A model generated the notes under the pieces. That model saw nothing but the letters and a program-made list of their open reading frames with translations, was not told the DNA's origin and did no database searches. This document shows, piece after piece, positions 21,603 to 31,537 of a DNA stretch of 64,000 bases. Source of the DNA: an uncultured Chlamydiae bacterium (GTDB lineage: Bacteria; Chlamydiota; Chlamydiia; Chlamydiales; Parachlamydiaceae); contig CAVWGN010000001.1 of NCBI GenBank assembly GCA_963754655.1, positions 1,024,001-1,088,000 of the forward strand. Reading direction: 5' to 3'. Every line of letters begins with the position of its first letter. Position 1 is the first letter of the stretch. The translations under genes and the position numbers were made by a program.

Positions 21603-23537
21603 ATGCAAATTAACAAATTTTCAGAGACAGTGCAAAACAATTCAAACGAAAACTTGCTGGACAACTTAATTCCTAATGAAGTAGTAGGAGTGATTTTTGA
21701 TCAAGTTATCAATCAAAGCCAATCTTTAAGAAGTATTTCTTCTATTTTACTGACTTGTAAAAAATGGAAAAGTATTCTTGAGGGGAACTTTTGTATTTCA
21801 TTGGCGCAGGCATTTTCTCAACTTAAAAAGAAGCCTCCCTTCAAGATTGCGTTTCCCCAATGTATCATAACTGATCAAAAGAATCAGCTTACATCTGCAG
21901 AACTTAACTTGATTGATCGAGCCTTCAATAAACAGCTTATCAAATTTGAAAGGTTGTTAAAGTGGGATATAAATTTATTTCAGCCAAGGTGTTTATCTCT
22001 TTCTCTTTTGAATTTCTATTTATGGGATCCTGAAGTTTGCAAAGAAAGCGCCAATGAAAATATCCGAGAGATAGCTAAAGAGCAATTACAGATTTTAGAC
22101 TCTCTGACATCAGGCACTGATGATCAAAGACTGAGCGCGATCAAAGACTTTATTGGAAAACTTTACAGTGGTGGTCGAAATTTAACATGGCCGCAGAAAA
22201 AAACATCTGTTATCTCTACACTAAAAAATCTTCCCAATTTTAACGATAAAAACATTCTCATGCAAGTGATTCACTATTTTGGAAGTGCTGTTTTTGATAT
22301 ACATGAAAGCCTTAAAAAAGATCGAGAAATTGTCTTAGCGGTCATTCAGCAAGATGGCGGGGCTCTTTACGATGCAGATGAAAGCTTTAAAAAAGATCGA
22401 GAAGTTGTCTTGGCTGCCGTTAAGCAATATGGTAACGCTCTTCATTTTGCAGATGAAAGTCTTAAAAAAGATCGAGACATTGTGTTGGTTGCCTTTCAGC
22501 AATATGGCAGAGCTCTTAAATATGCAGATGAAAGCCTTAAAAAAGATCGTGAGATTGTGTTGGCGGCCCTTCAGCAAGATGGCAAAGCTCTTAAATATGC
22601 AGATGAAAGTCTTAAAAAAGATCGAGAGATTGTCTTGGTTGCCCTTCAGCAGGATGGCTCGGTTCTTAAATATGTAGATGAAAACCTTAAAAAAGATCGA
22701 GAGATTGTCTTGGCTGCCGTTCAGCAAGATGGCTATGCTCTTCAATATGCAGATAAAAGCCTTAAAAAAGATCGCGAAATTGTCTTGGCTGCCGTTAAGC
22801 AAAGTGGCTATGCTCTTCTCTATGCAGATGAAAGCCTTAAAAAAGATCGAGGGTTTGTTTTGGCTACTGTTAAGCAAAATGGCACTGCTCTTAAATATGC
22901 AGATGATAGCCTTAAACAAGATCGCGAAATTGTTTTGGCTGCTGTTAAGCAAAATGGCTATGCTCTTCGATATGCAGATGAAAGCCTTAAAAAAGATCGA
23001 GAGATTGCCTTAGCTAGTTTACAACAAAACAACTTATTTTTTGAATTGGCAGACGAAAGCTTTAGAAAAGATCGAGAGTTTGTTTTGGTTATCATTCAGC
23101 AAAATGGCACAGCTCTTGAATATGCAGATGAAAGCCTTAAAAAAGATCGAGAGTTTGTCTTGGTTGCCGTTAAGCAAAGTGGCTATGCTCTTGAATATGC
23201 AGATGAAAGCCTTAAAAAAGATCGAGAGTTTGTCTTGGTTGCCGTTAAGCAAAGTGGCTATGCTCTTCGATATGCAGATGAAAGCTTTAAAAAAGATCGA
23301 GAGGTTGTCTTGGTTGCCGTTAAGCCAAGTGGCATGGCTCTTCAATTTGCAGATGAAAGCCTTAAAAAAGATCGAGAGATTGTCTTAGCTGCCGTTAAGG
23401 AAAATGGCTACGCTCTTCAATTTGCAGATGAAAGCCTTAGAAAAGATCAAGAAATTGTTTTGGCTGCCTTTCAGCAAGATCCAAAAGCTCTTAAATATGC
23501 AGATGAAAGTTTAAAAAAGATTGACAGATTGTGCTAA
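21603..23537 (+). CDS. F-box-like + DUF4116 repeat protein (array 1, copy 5; 16 repeats)
   Basis: Same architecture, 644 aa. Confidence 0.85.
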   Translation: MQINKFSETVQNNSNENLLDNLIPNEVVGVIFDQVINQSQSLRSISSILLTCKKWKSILEGNFCISLAQAFSQLKKKPPFKIAFPQCIITDQKNQLTSAELNLIDRAFNKQLIKFERLLKWDINLFQPRCLSLSLLNFYLWDPEVCKESANENIREIAKEQLQILDSLTSGTDDQRLSAIKDFIGKLYSGGRNLTWPQKKTSVISTLKNLPNFNDKNILMQVIHYFGSAVFDIHESLKKDREIVLAVIQQDGGALYDADESFKKDREVVLAAVKQYGNALHFADESLKKDRDIVLVAFQQYGRALKYADESLKKDREIVLAALQQDGKALKYADESLKKDREIVLVALQQDGSVLKYVDENLKKDREIVLAAVQQDGYALQYADKSLKKDREIVLAAVKQSGYALLYADESLKKDRGFVLATVKQNGTALKYADDSLKQDREIVLAAVKQNGYALRYADESLKKDREIALASLQQNNLFFELADESFRKDREFVLVIIQQNGTALEYADESLKKDREFVLVAVKQSGYALEYADESLKKDREFVLVAVKQSGYALRYADESFKKDREVVLVAVKPSGMALQFADESLKKDREIVLAAVKENGYALQFADESLRKDQEIVLAAFQQDPKALKYADESLKKIDRLC

Positions 23538-23949
23538 TTATAAGGCCCAGCTATCTTGCTGGGCCTACACTTTGTGCGATAGATGCAAGTGATTCAAAAG
23601 TTCTCTCGGCGTTTGCTCAGCGCTCTCTGCAGCTCTGCGTTAAACCCGCCTTATGTTCTGTCTTATTAGTTTTTGCCTATTAAGGCGATTTTAAAATTCA
23701 TATGGTTGAAGTGAAGAGAGATGAGCTAAAGCTAACGACGTCTTCATTCGCCCTTCATTACAGATAGATAGCTTAAAAATTTCTCTTTTTCATCCTTTTA
23801 TGATAGTCTTTCAACGTTCTGTTTTGTCTCCATTTTTTGTGTGTCTTAAGAACACACAAGTCTCTAAGTCTAATAGATTAGAGATGCTGGTTTTAGAGAT
23901 TTGATCAATATTAGCCATTTTATTTTTTTACTGGAAAGGCTCTTTGTAA

Positions 23950-26900
23950 ATGATGAATTCATGGAGTGTGAGTATGAAACGATGTCAAAAGGGTTTCAAA
24001 AAAAGAATGTGGATATGGGTGTGTTTATTGGTGTTAAAAATCAGTGTTTGGGGGGAGGGGTTGGAATCTTCCACAGCAGTTGTAGAAAGGGATCAATTAG
24101 AAATTGAACAATTTCTCAATCTTGTAGCGATTGCAGAAGTTCATGAGTGGCCAGAGATCATTCATCTTATGCGACTTAAATTCCCACAACTGATGGCTGA
24201 AACATCGTTAAAAAATGTTTTAAATCATCTGAAGGTGCATTTATTGGAAAGCAAGGATCTCCGATTAATTCGACTTTTCAATCGGGCTGTGCGCAATCAT
24301 GATACCTTATCTGCAGAAAAGGCAGATCCTGTGGTTTCTTATTACAAGCATTACGAGCCTCCTACTTTTTTGATTCCGAAGATTCATCTTACGTTTGATA
24401 TCAGTCAAATCAAGGTCTTAGTGACAAGTGAGATCAGCGTAAAGCGCAATAGCCAAGAAAATTGCTTGATTCTAGATGGCAGAGGACACAAAGTCCACAC
24501 TGTTATTTTAAATGGAGCATTAATTCCTAAAGAGCAATATAAAGTCACACCTCACGAATTGATTTTATTCAATATTCCTCAAGAAGAAACATTTCAAGTG
24601 ACGATAAAGAGTGAAATAGATCCCTTTACCAATGACTCTTTGGAAGGAATGTATCGTTGTGGTCAATGGTTGACAACTCAATGTGAGTCGGAAGGAGCGC
24701 GCCGCATTTTTTTTACTTTGGATCGTCCCGATGTCCTCAGTTGCATCACGACGACAATTATTGCGGATAAGGAGCATTATCCCTATCGTCTATCTAATGG
24801 CAACTTTATTAAAGAAGATCTATTAGAAGATGGACGTACCGCTATCACATGGCATGATCCCTTTCCTAAACCTAGCTACCTTTTTGCCTGTGTATTGGGA
24901 CATTTTACCCAATTAACAAGTCATTTTACGACGAAAAGTGGTAAAGAGGTAGAGCTGCAAATTTATGTCGAGCCAGGAAAAGAATCGAGAGCGCAATACG
25001 CTCTTTTTGCATTGAAAAAAGCCATGGAATTTGATGAGGTTTTATTTGATCGAGAATATGATTTATCTTGTTTAAAAATGGTGGGCATTCCCAATTTTAA
25101 TTCTGGAGCTATGGAAAACAAAGGATTAATGATTTTTAACGATATCCGCCTGTTGGTTGATTCTCATTCGGGGACGGACAAATCGCATCGAGAAGTTGCT
25201 CATGTTGTAGGGCATGAATATTTTCACAATTGGTCGGGTAATCGCGTGACAGTGCGTAATTGGTTTGAGATAGCTTTAAAAGAGGCATTTACAGATTTAA
25301 GAGCCATGCTTTTTAGTGAATGGCTATTTGGAACCGAGTTTATTCGTCCAAAGGCTGTTCTAGCTCTTAGAGAAAATCAATTTCCTGAAGAAACTTCTGA
25401 GAAAGGACACCCCCTCATTGTCGAATCCTATGTTGATGCTCACTCCATTTATGATAATACCACTTATACAAAGGGGCGGGAAGTCTTCCGCACTCTAAAA
25501 AATTATATTGACATGTTGGTTCCTGCCGGTTTTAGAGAGGTGCAAAATCTCTATTTTACTCGATATGATGGGCAAGCTGTGACATTCCGGGAACTGCTTA
25601 GCGCGGGCAATGAGGTTTTAAAAAGATGTGGCAGAGATCTTTCACTCTTTGAGAGATGGTTTCATCAACCAGGGACGCCAATCATTAGTGTTAATATGGA
25701 ATATGATGCAAAAGAGAAAGAGGCAAAGTTCATTGTGGAACAATTATGCCTTCACCCCAGAACCCATCAGCCGCAAGATCCTTTTCAAATTCCTTTCAGT
25801 GTAGAGCTTTTAGGAAGAAGTGGAAACGTTATTCATCCCACATTTTCTTGTATTTTAGAAGAAGACAGGACAGTCATTAAGCTTCCTTCTTTTGAAAAGC
25901 CGACTCCTGTCTTTATGCATGGCTACAGTGCACCTGTCATTTTGCATTATGATTATACATTGGAAGATCTTGCTTGCATTGTAAAATATACAGACGATGC
26001 TTTTAGTCGTTGGGAAGCCGCTCAAAACTATTCTATTTTGGCTGTGAAAGAAATGAAGGCAAGAATCGAGGCAAATCCAAATCTTGAATTACAGGCTCAG
26101 AAAGGAGAATTGATGTTTGTCGACTTGCATCAACTTTATATTCAGGTCTTAAACAGTTTGCAGCACTCTCCTTTAGCTAAAGCACAAGTTTTAGAAATTC
26201 CCTCTATTCGCGCGCTTTCACAAGCCTTTAATGATTATGACTTCGAAAGATTGCATCAGTTACGATTATTATTTATTAAGCAGCTGGCACTGCTTTGCAA
26301 GCCGTCGCTAGAAAGTCTGCTAGTGGAACATCCCTCTCCTTTGGTTTATGAGCCCCATTCAGACCAGATGCAAATTAGAGAATTGCGATATGCCATTCTC
26401 AATCTTTTAGTGCTGATAGACAAAGATTATCATGAGAAAATTTTGACTCAGTATCAAACAGCCAATAATTTGGATGATTATGTCTCTGCATTCAATCTTT
26501 GCCTTAAAATTGGCCATTCCTGTAGAGAATTCGTTGTTAAAGACTTTTATAATAAATGGAAAAATGATAAGGCGATTTTTAATTTTTGGCTTTCGAGTCA
26601 AGCTTCTTCTGTCGATTGCACTGTTAATGATCTGCGAAGGCTTGAATCTGTTAACGGCTACGATGCGAAAAATCCTAACCACGTTCGATCCATTTTGCGC
26701 GCTTTCATTGCTAATCTCAAGTGCTACCATCATCCAACTGGAGAGGGCTATCGTTATATAGTAGATAAAATTCTAGAGATTGGAAGATTTAATCCATTGT
26801 TAGCGCATAACTATATTGCTGTCCCTGCTTTTTTAGATTTTGAAAATCTTTCAAGCACACAACAAGCCTTAATGGCAAAAGAGTTGGAGCGTTTGCGAGC

Positions 26901-26985
26901 AGATGAGGTACCTGCACAAACAAGGGATTTAGTCGAAAGAATGCTTGACCGCTATCATTCTAAAGAAAATAATCGCAATTCCTAA
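23950..26985 (+). CDS. pepN: Aminopeptidase N (M1) with N-terminal extension; start may be 24007
   Basis: TQCESEG, GAMENKGL, HEYFHNWSGNRVT...KE, YTKG, NPNHVRS. Confidence 0.92.
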   Translation: MMNSWSVSMKRCQKGFKKRMWIWVCLLVLKISVWGEGLESSTAVVERDQLEIEQFLNLVAIAEVHEWPEIIHLMRLKFPQLMAETSLKNVLNHLKVHLLESKDLRLIRLFNRAVRNHDTLSAEKADPVVSYYKHYEPPTFLIPKIHLTFDISQIKVLVTSEISVKRNSQENCLILDGRGHKVHTVILNGALIPKEQYKVTPHELILFNIPQEETFQVTIKSEIDPFTNDSLEGMYRCGQWLTTQCESEGARRIFFTLDRPDVLSCITTTIIADKEHYPYRLSNGNFIKEDLLEDGRTAITWHDPFPKPSYLFACVLGHFTQLTSHFTTKSGKEVELQIYVEPGKESRAQYALFALKKAMEFDEVLFDREYDLSCLKMVGIPNFNSGAMENKGLMIFNDIRLLVDSHSGTDKSHREVAHVVGHEYFHNWSGNRVTVRNWFEIALKEAFTDLRAMLFSEWLFGTEFIRPKAVLALRENQFPEETSEKGHPLIVESYVDAHSIYDNTTYTKGREVFRTLKNYIDMLVPAGFREVQNLYFTRYDGQAVTFRELLSAGNEVLKRCGRDLSLFERWFHQPGTPIISVNMEYDAKEKEAKFIVEQLCLHPRTHQPQDPFQIPFSVELLGRSGNVIHPTFSCILEEDRTVIKLPSFEKPTPVFMHGYSAPVILHYDYTLEDLACIVKYTDDAFSRWEAAQNYSILAVKEMKARIEANPNLELQAQKGELMFVDLHQLYIQVLNSLQHSPLAKAQVLEIPSIRALSQAFNDYDFERLHQLRLLFIKQLALLCKPSLESLLVEHPSPLVYEPHSDQMQIRELRYAILNLLVLIDKDYHEKILTQYQTANNLDDYVSAFNLCLKIGHSCREFVVKDFYNKWKNDKAIFNFWLSSQASSVDCTVNDLRRLESVNGYDAKNPNHVRSILRAFIANLKCYHHPTGEGYRYIVDKILEIGRFNPLLAHNYIAVPAFLDFENLSSTQQALMAKELERLRADEVPAQTRDLVERMLDRYHSKENNRNS

Positions 26986-27045
26986 AGGGATTTTCACACT
27001 TTAAAGAGTAGATAAAATATCTTAGTGAATGATAGAAAGAATTAG

Positions 27046-27354
27046 GGCATGGTTCAATTGAAGGTCGCATGTTTATGCCGTCCTTTCAGGACTCGATGTC
27101 TTATTGATAGAACCCAGGCCTCCGCTTCGCTGCGACCTGGGCTGTAACATAACGGCCCTTCAGGCCTTAACAAAAAAATGATTTAAGGACTTATATAAGA
27201 GGGACTTAAACATCTCTTGCTAAGGCCTGAAAGGCCGTCCTATTACAGCCCAGGTCGCAGCGAAGCGGAGGCCTGGGTTCTATCAATAAGACATCGAGTC
27301 CTGAAAGGACGGCATAAACATGTGACCCAAAATTCACTCTTTTTGAACCATGCC
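27046..27354. mobile_element. MITE carrying an inverted REP pair, IS1595-like ends
   Basis: TIR GGCATGGTTCAA/TTGAACCATGCC; flanks AGAATTAG/AGAATTAA (8-bp TSD, 1 mismatch). Confidence 0.8.
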
Positions 27355-27446
27355 AGAATTAAAGAACCTTCTAATAGCCTTGGTTTTATTGATGGTAGTA
27401 TTAAAATATTTAATTTAAAATAATGGGCTTTCTGAAAGGAAATTAA

Positions 27447-28199
27447 ATGATATTGGCTTTATTGGGAGCGCTAGCAATAGGTCTCAGTTTGGGGCTTTTA
27501 GGTTCAGGAGGATCTATTCTCACTGTTCCTGTTCTTGTTTTTATTTTGCATACGCCAGAAAAACCAGCCTTTGCAGAGTCTTTGGCAATTGTTGGGTGCA
27601 TCGCTTTAATGGGATCAATTCCTTATGTTTGGCGAAAACAAGTTCACTGGAATAGTGTTCTTTTCTTTGGTTTGCCAGGTATGTTAGGAGCCTATTTAGG
27701 TGGACAGGGTTCTTATTATATTAGTGGCTCCATACAGCTAATGATTTTTGCTTGTGTGATGCTGCTTGTTGCGACTATGATGCTTTTTGGACCTTCTTCT
27801 TTTGACAAATGGACTCCCTCTAGGCAAGCAATCTGGCTCACCATTTTAGAAGGGTTTCTTGTGGGGGGACTAGCATGCCTTATTGGAATAGGAGGAGGCT
27901 TTTTAATTGTTCCTGCGCTTGTCATATTAACCAATTTATCAATGCCTCTTGCCATTGGGACGAGCCTTATTATTATTGCCATGAATTCTTTTACAGGTTT
28001 TATTGAACAACTCACGATGTTAAATTCATTAAAATTGGATATCAGTTGGAAAATTATTGGCATCATCTCAATTATTGGAATTTTAGGAAGTTTTGCCGGA
28101 AGCTGGATTGGTAAGAAGGTTCCACAAATTTACTTAAGAAAAGTGTTTGGTTTAAGCATTTTAGCAATGAGCTTCTATATTCTCCTAAGAGAATTTTAG
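27447..28199 (+). CDS. TauE/SafE (TSUP) family membrane protein
   Basis: GLLGSGGSILTVP and GIGGGFLIVPAL repeats; AIGTSL. Confidence 0.9.
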   Translation: MILALLGALAIGLSLGLLGSGGSILTVPVLVFILHTPEKPAFAESLAIVGCIALMGSIPYVWRKQVHWNSVLFFGLPGMLGAYLGGQGSYYISGSIQLMIFACVMLLVATMMLFGPSSFDKWTPSRQAIWLTILEGFLVGGLACLIGIGGGFLIVPALVILTNLSMPLAIGTSLIIIAMNSFTGFIEQLTMLNSLKLDISWKIIGIISIIGILGSFAGSWIGKKVPQIYLRKVFGLSILAMSFYILLREF

Positions 28200-28274
28200 T
28201 GCCCGACTTTTTAAATCACTAGTGGGTCATTGATACGCATTAGTCTAAGAAAAATAGCATTTTCCAAACACGCC

Positions 28275-29342
28275 CTAAGGCATGGCTTTCCAGGCGTGTT
28301 CTATCATCACTTCAAGTGAAGAATAACGAGGACTCCAATCGAGTTCTCGTTGAGCTTTAGATCCATTTGCCCTGACAATGGCAGCATCTCCTAACCGACG
28401 ACCTGCTTCGCGTTTATTTACACGTTGTCCTGTTACTTTTTCTACGGCAGCAATGACTTGTCGCACACTAAATCCTTGACCATTTCCTAAATTATAATAA
28501 TTGGATGGCGCTCCACTTAAAAGCTTTTCCATCGCAGCAATGTGCGCCGAGCCAAGATCTTCGATATGAATGTAGTCCCGTATACAAGTTCCATCTGGTG
28601 TAGGATAATCAGTTCCATAGATTGAGACAACTCCATTAGGTGTTTTTAAACTGCGTAAGACAATGGGAATTAAGTTTGAATCTTGAGTATTGAAGTTTTT
28701 CCTTTTTCCCTTAGGATCTCCTCCTACCGCATTAAAATAACGCAGGCTACAAAAACGGAGTTGATTGAATTGATCTAAATCTTTCAAAATATTTTCAACC
28801 ATCCGTTTGGATTGACCATAGGGGTTCAGCGGATTGCACGGATGAGTTTCAGAGATATAATTTTCTTGGGGATTGCCAAAAATGGCAGCAGATGACGAAA
28901 AAATAAACACTGTGACTTTGTGGCGCAACATGGCTGACAATAAATGAAGCGTATTAACAACGTTGTTTGTATAATATTTTATGGGATGTTGTGTCGATTC
29001 GCTAATATTTTTAAAAGCTGCAAAGTGCATGACAGCATCAATTTGATAGTGGCTAAAAATTTGATCGAGCAAAGCTGTATCTGCAAGATCTCCTTCAATA
29101 AAAATACCATGTTGGACAGCCTCTCGATAGCCTTGGCTTAAGTTGTCTAAAACAACTGTTTGATATCCTAGGCAGTATAGCATTTCGTTGATATGAGAGC
29201 CTATAAATCCAGCTCCTCCTGTAACTAATATGCACTTGGAATTCATAGGGGAACTTTGTAAAAAAGATAAATTTAAGACCAAAAAAACAATCAAAAGAGA
29301 AAAATATTTTCTGGGCATGAGTTTCCTTATAAATGATGACAA
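28275..29342 (-). CDS. galE: UDP-glucose 4-epimerase
   Basis: GGAGFIGSH, FSSSAA, YGQSK, LRYFN, DGTCIRDYIH. Confidence 0.9.
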   Translation of the reverse strand: MSSFIRKLMPRKYFSLLIVFLVLNLSFLQSSPMNSKCILVTGGAGFIGSHINEMLYCLGYQTVVLDNLSQGYREAVQHGIFIEGDLADTALLDQIFSHYQIDAVMHFAAFKNISESTQHPIKYYTNNVVNTLHLLSAMLRHKVTVFIFSSSAAIFGNPQENYISETHPCNPLNPYGQSKRMVENILKDLDQFNQLRFCSLRYFNAVGGDPKGKRKNFNTQDSNLIPIVLRSLKTPNGVVSIYGTDYPTPDGTCIRDYIHIEDLGSAHIAAMEKLLSGAPSNYYNLGNGQGFSVRQVIAAVEKVTGQRVNKREAGRRLGDAAIVRANGSKAQRELDWSPRYSSLEVMIEHAWKAMP

Positions 29343-29354
29343 TTGACGGTTAGA

Positions 29355-30623
29355 TTAGTTTTGTAGTGGGTTGCATTCATTGAAACGCTGTGCTAATGCC
29401 TCTTGTTTGGCAACGAAATAGCTTGCTATTAGCCCCAAAATCATCCAATACCAACCCACACTGGTAATCCAATTTGTTTTTTGGAAAAGCCAGAGGGAAA
29501 CAGCTGCCATGGGTCCACCTAGCAGTTGTGTTCCGATGGCATAACCCAAGGAAATGACTGTATACCGATGAGAAGGGGGAACTAAGTTTTGAGACCAAGC
29601 ATGCAGGGGAGCAGAAAAACAGACTCCGATCATGACCAATAGAAATCGGATGAAAATAACGGTAAATAAGGAAGCTCCTTCTAACAACCAAAAAAGAGGA
29701 AGGCCGGATAACATTGCGAGGACGCCTGAAAGTGTCATCATTTTTTCTCTTGAGAATCGCTTTGCCAGCATTCCAAATAGAGGAAGCAATAGAAAATCTA
29801 GGCCGAGCAAAAAAGTATTAAGGTGCATCATTTCTGTTTTAGAAACTGCGGAAACAAGAGGGGCAAAGCCATTCATCATGACCAAAGACAAGCTATAGGA
29901 AGCATAAGAAAATCCGGAGGCAATAGCGATAGCAGCGAGCGCTTGCCGCCTATTCCAGCAAGATTGAAGAATAGACTTAAATGAACTTTCAGGGGATAAA
30001 TTGACAAGCAATGATTTTAAAGGCATTTTGATGCGAAGAAAAGCAACACATACGGCTGTCAAGCATCCTGCAAAATAGAGGCATCTCCAATAATCTTGAA
30101 CAAGATTGAGCGCGCAAAGCGCAGATACGCCTGCGGAAGCTAATAATACACCTGCAACTGTAGATGAGTTATACACACTACTGATCATATCTTTGTAAGA
30201 TTCCGGCGAATTTTCAATCAAATAAATCGCCCCTCCCATTATCTCTCCAGCTGCAAAGAAATTTTGAAAAACACGGCCGATTGAAAGCAAAATGGGAGCT
30301 AAAATTCCCGCTTGATGATAGGTAGGTAAAAATCCCATGCTACCAGTGACAATGGCCATGCCAGACAGAGAGATGACCAGAGCCTCTTTACGCCCACGTG
30401 TATCTCCAATATAGCCAAACACCAATGAACCTATAGGCCGAGCAATCATTCCTAAAGGAATGATGCAATAAGTCAAAATAAGAGCGGTCAGTGGATCTTG
30501 CTCTGGAAAGAATAAAGGAGCTAAAAAAGGAGAAAGAAGGCTAAATAAAGCAGCATCGTAATGCTCAAACAAATTGCCTAGCAGCATGCTCCATTTAGAT
30601 AGAGCGGAAACGCGAGAACTCAT
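29355..30623 (-). CDS. MFS transporter (ProP/MHS-like), probable thiamine or precursor importer
   Basis: GNLFEHYD, ARPIGSLVFGYIGDTRGRK. Lies directly downstream of a TPP riboswitch. Confidence 0.85.
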   Translation of the reverse strand: MSSRVSALSKWSMLLGNLFEHYDAALFSLLSPFLAPLFFPEQDPLTALILTYCIIPLGMIARPIGSLVFGYIGDTRGRKEALVISLSGMAIVTGSMGFLPTYHQAGILAPILLSIGRVFQNFFAAGEIMGGAIYLIENSPESYKDMISSVYNSSTVAGVLLASAGVSALCALNLVQDYWRCLYFAGCLTAVCVAFLRIKMPLKSLLVNLSPESSFKSILQSCWNRRQALAAIAIASGFSYASYSLSLVMMNGFAPLVSAVSKTEMMHLNTFLLGLDFLLLPLFGMLAKRFSREKMMTLSGVLAMLSGLPLFWLLEGASLFTVIFIRFLLVMIGVCFSAPLHAWSQNLVPPSHRYTVISLGYAIGTQLLGGPMAAVSLWLFQKTNWITSVGWYWMILGLIASYFVAKQEALAQRFNECNPLQN

Positions 30624-30683
30624 GCCCCCTCCTAGTTAAAAAAATGCTTATTACCAGGAGTGATTAAAATATCGATAACTGGC

Positions 30684-30786
30684 ACACTCCCTACGCTAGT
30701 ACGATCTAGATCAGGTCATGAGGGTTAAACAACATGTTTTTTCAGCCAACATCATAGATAAATTCTGTTGGCACCCCTGGTGAATG
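30684..30786 (-). promoter_or_regulatory. TPP riboswitch
   Basis: Minus strand reads CAGGGGTGCCAACA...TGTTGGCTGAAA...AACCCTCATGACCTGATCTAGATCGTACTAGCGTAGGGAG. Confidence 0.88.
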
Positions 30787-30902
30787 CATGATTCTAGCAA
30801 AGATTAAGGTTTATATGCTAGTATAAATAAAAAAATTTCTAATCATTAAAAGAAGAATTAGCAATCTCAAAGCGGGAAAAAATTTTATAAGAGATAGGAA
30901 AT

Positions 30903-31535
30903 ATGTTTGGAAAATGGCTGCCTAAAGAGACACTTTTTTTTGACCTCTTCGAGCAACATGCGAAGATTACGCATCAAGCCGCTCAAACCTTTGAGCAATT
31001 TGTGCTATGCGATCATATTCTTCTTCAAGGGAATGTTAATCCCATAAAAGATTTTGAGCATCAAGCGGATAAAGTGGCTTATCGTTGCATTGACACTTTG
31101 CATAAAAGTTTTATTACTCCTTTGCAGCACAATGATATTTTTCGCCTTATTTCATCTATGGACGATGTGATGGATGGCATTGATGAAGTTTTCGAGGATT
31201 GCCTCATTTATCGAATTTCTTTCTTTACACCCGCTGCTAAAGAGATGAGTCATCTTCTTTTATTGGCAACAGAAAAGATTGAATGGATTGTGAGAGGTTT
31301 GCGCGATCGCAAAAAGCAAGCCCCACTTATGCGAGAGGCAATCCTTCACATCCATCAATTGGAGGATCAAACCGATCAAATTTTGCGCAAAGCTCTTGGA
31401 CAGCTTTTTGATGAAGAACAAAATCTGCGTCTTCTAATTAAATGGAAAGACATTTATGAGAAATTAGAAGGAACAATGGATTATTGTAATGTTGTTTCTA
31501 ATATTATTGAAGGCATTATAGTGGAGTATGATTAA
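30903..31535 (+). CDS. DUF47 / Pit accessory protein
   Basis: FFDLF, EHQAD, SFITPL, LIKWKDIYEKLE. Directly upstream of a PiT gene. Confidence 0.88.
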   Translation: MFGKWLPKETLFFDLFEQHAKITHQAAQTFEQFVLCDHILLQGNVNPIKDFEHQADKVAYRCIDTLHKSFITPLQHNDIFRLISSMDDVMDGIDEVFEDCLIYRISFFTPAAKEMSHLLLLATEKIEWIVRGLRDRKKQAPLMREAILHIHQLEDQTDQILRKALGQLFDEEQNLRLLIKWKDIYEKLEGTMDYCNVVSNIIEGIIVEYD

Positions 31536-31537
31536 AA

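Noticed and set aside
23526..23537. C-terminal Cys (DRLC) as a prenylation signal
   Set aside because: It is not a CaaX arrangement and occurs in only one paralog.
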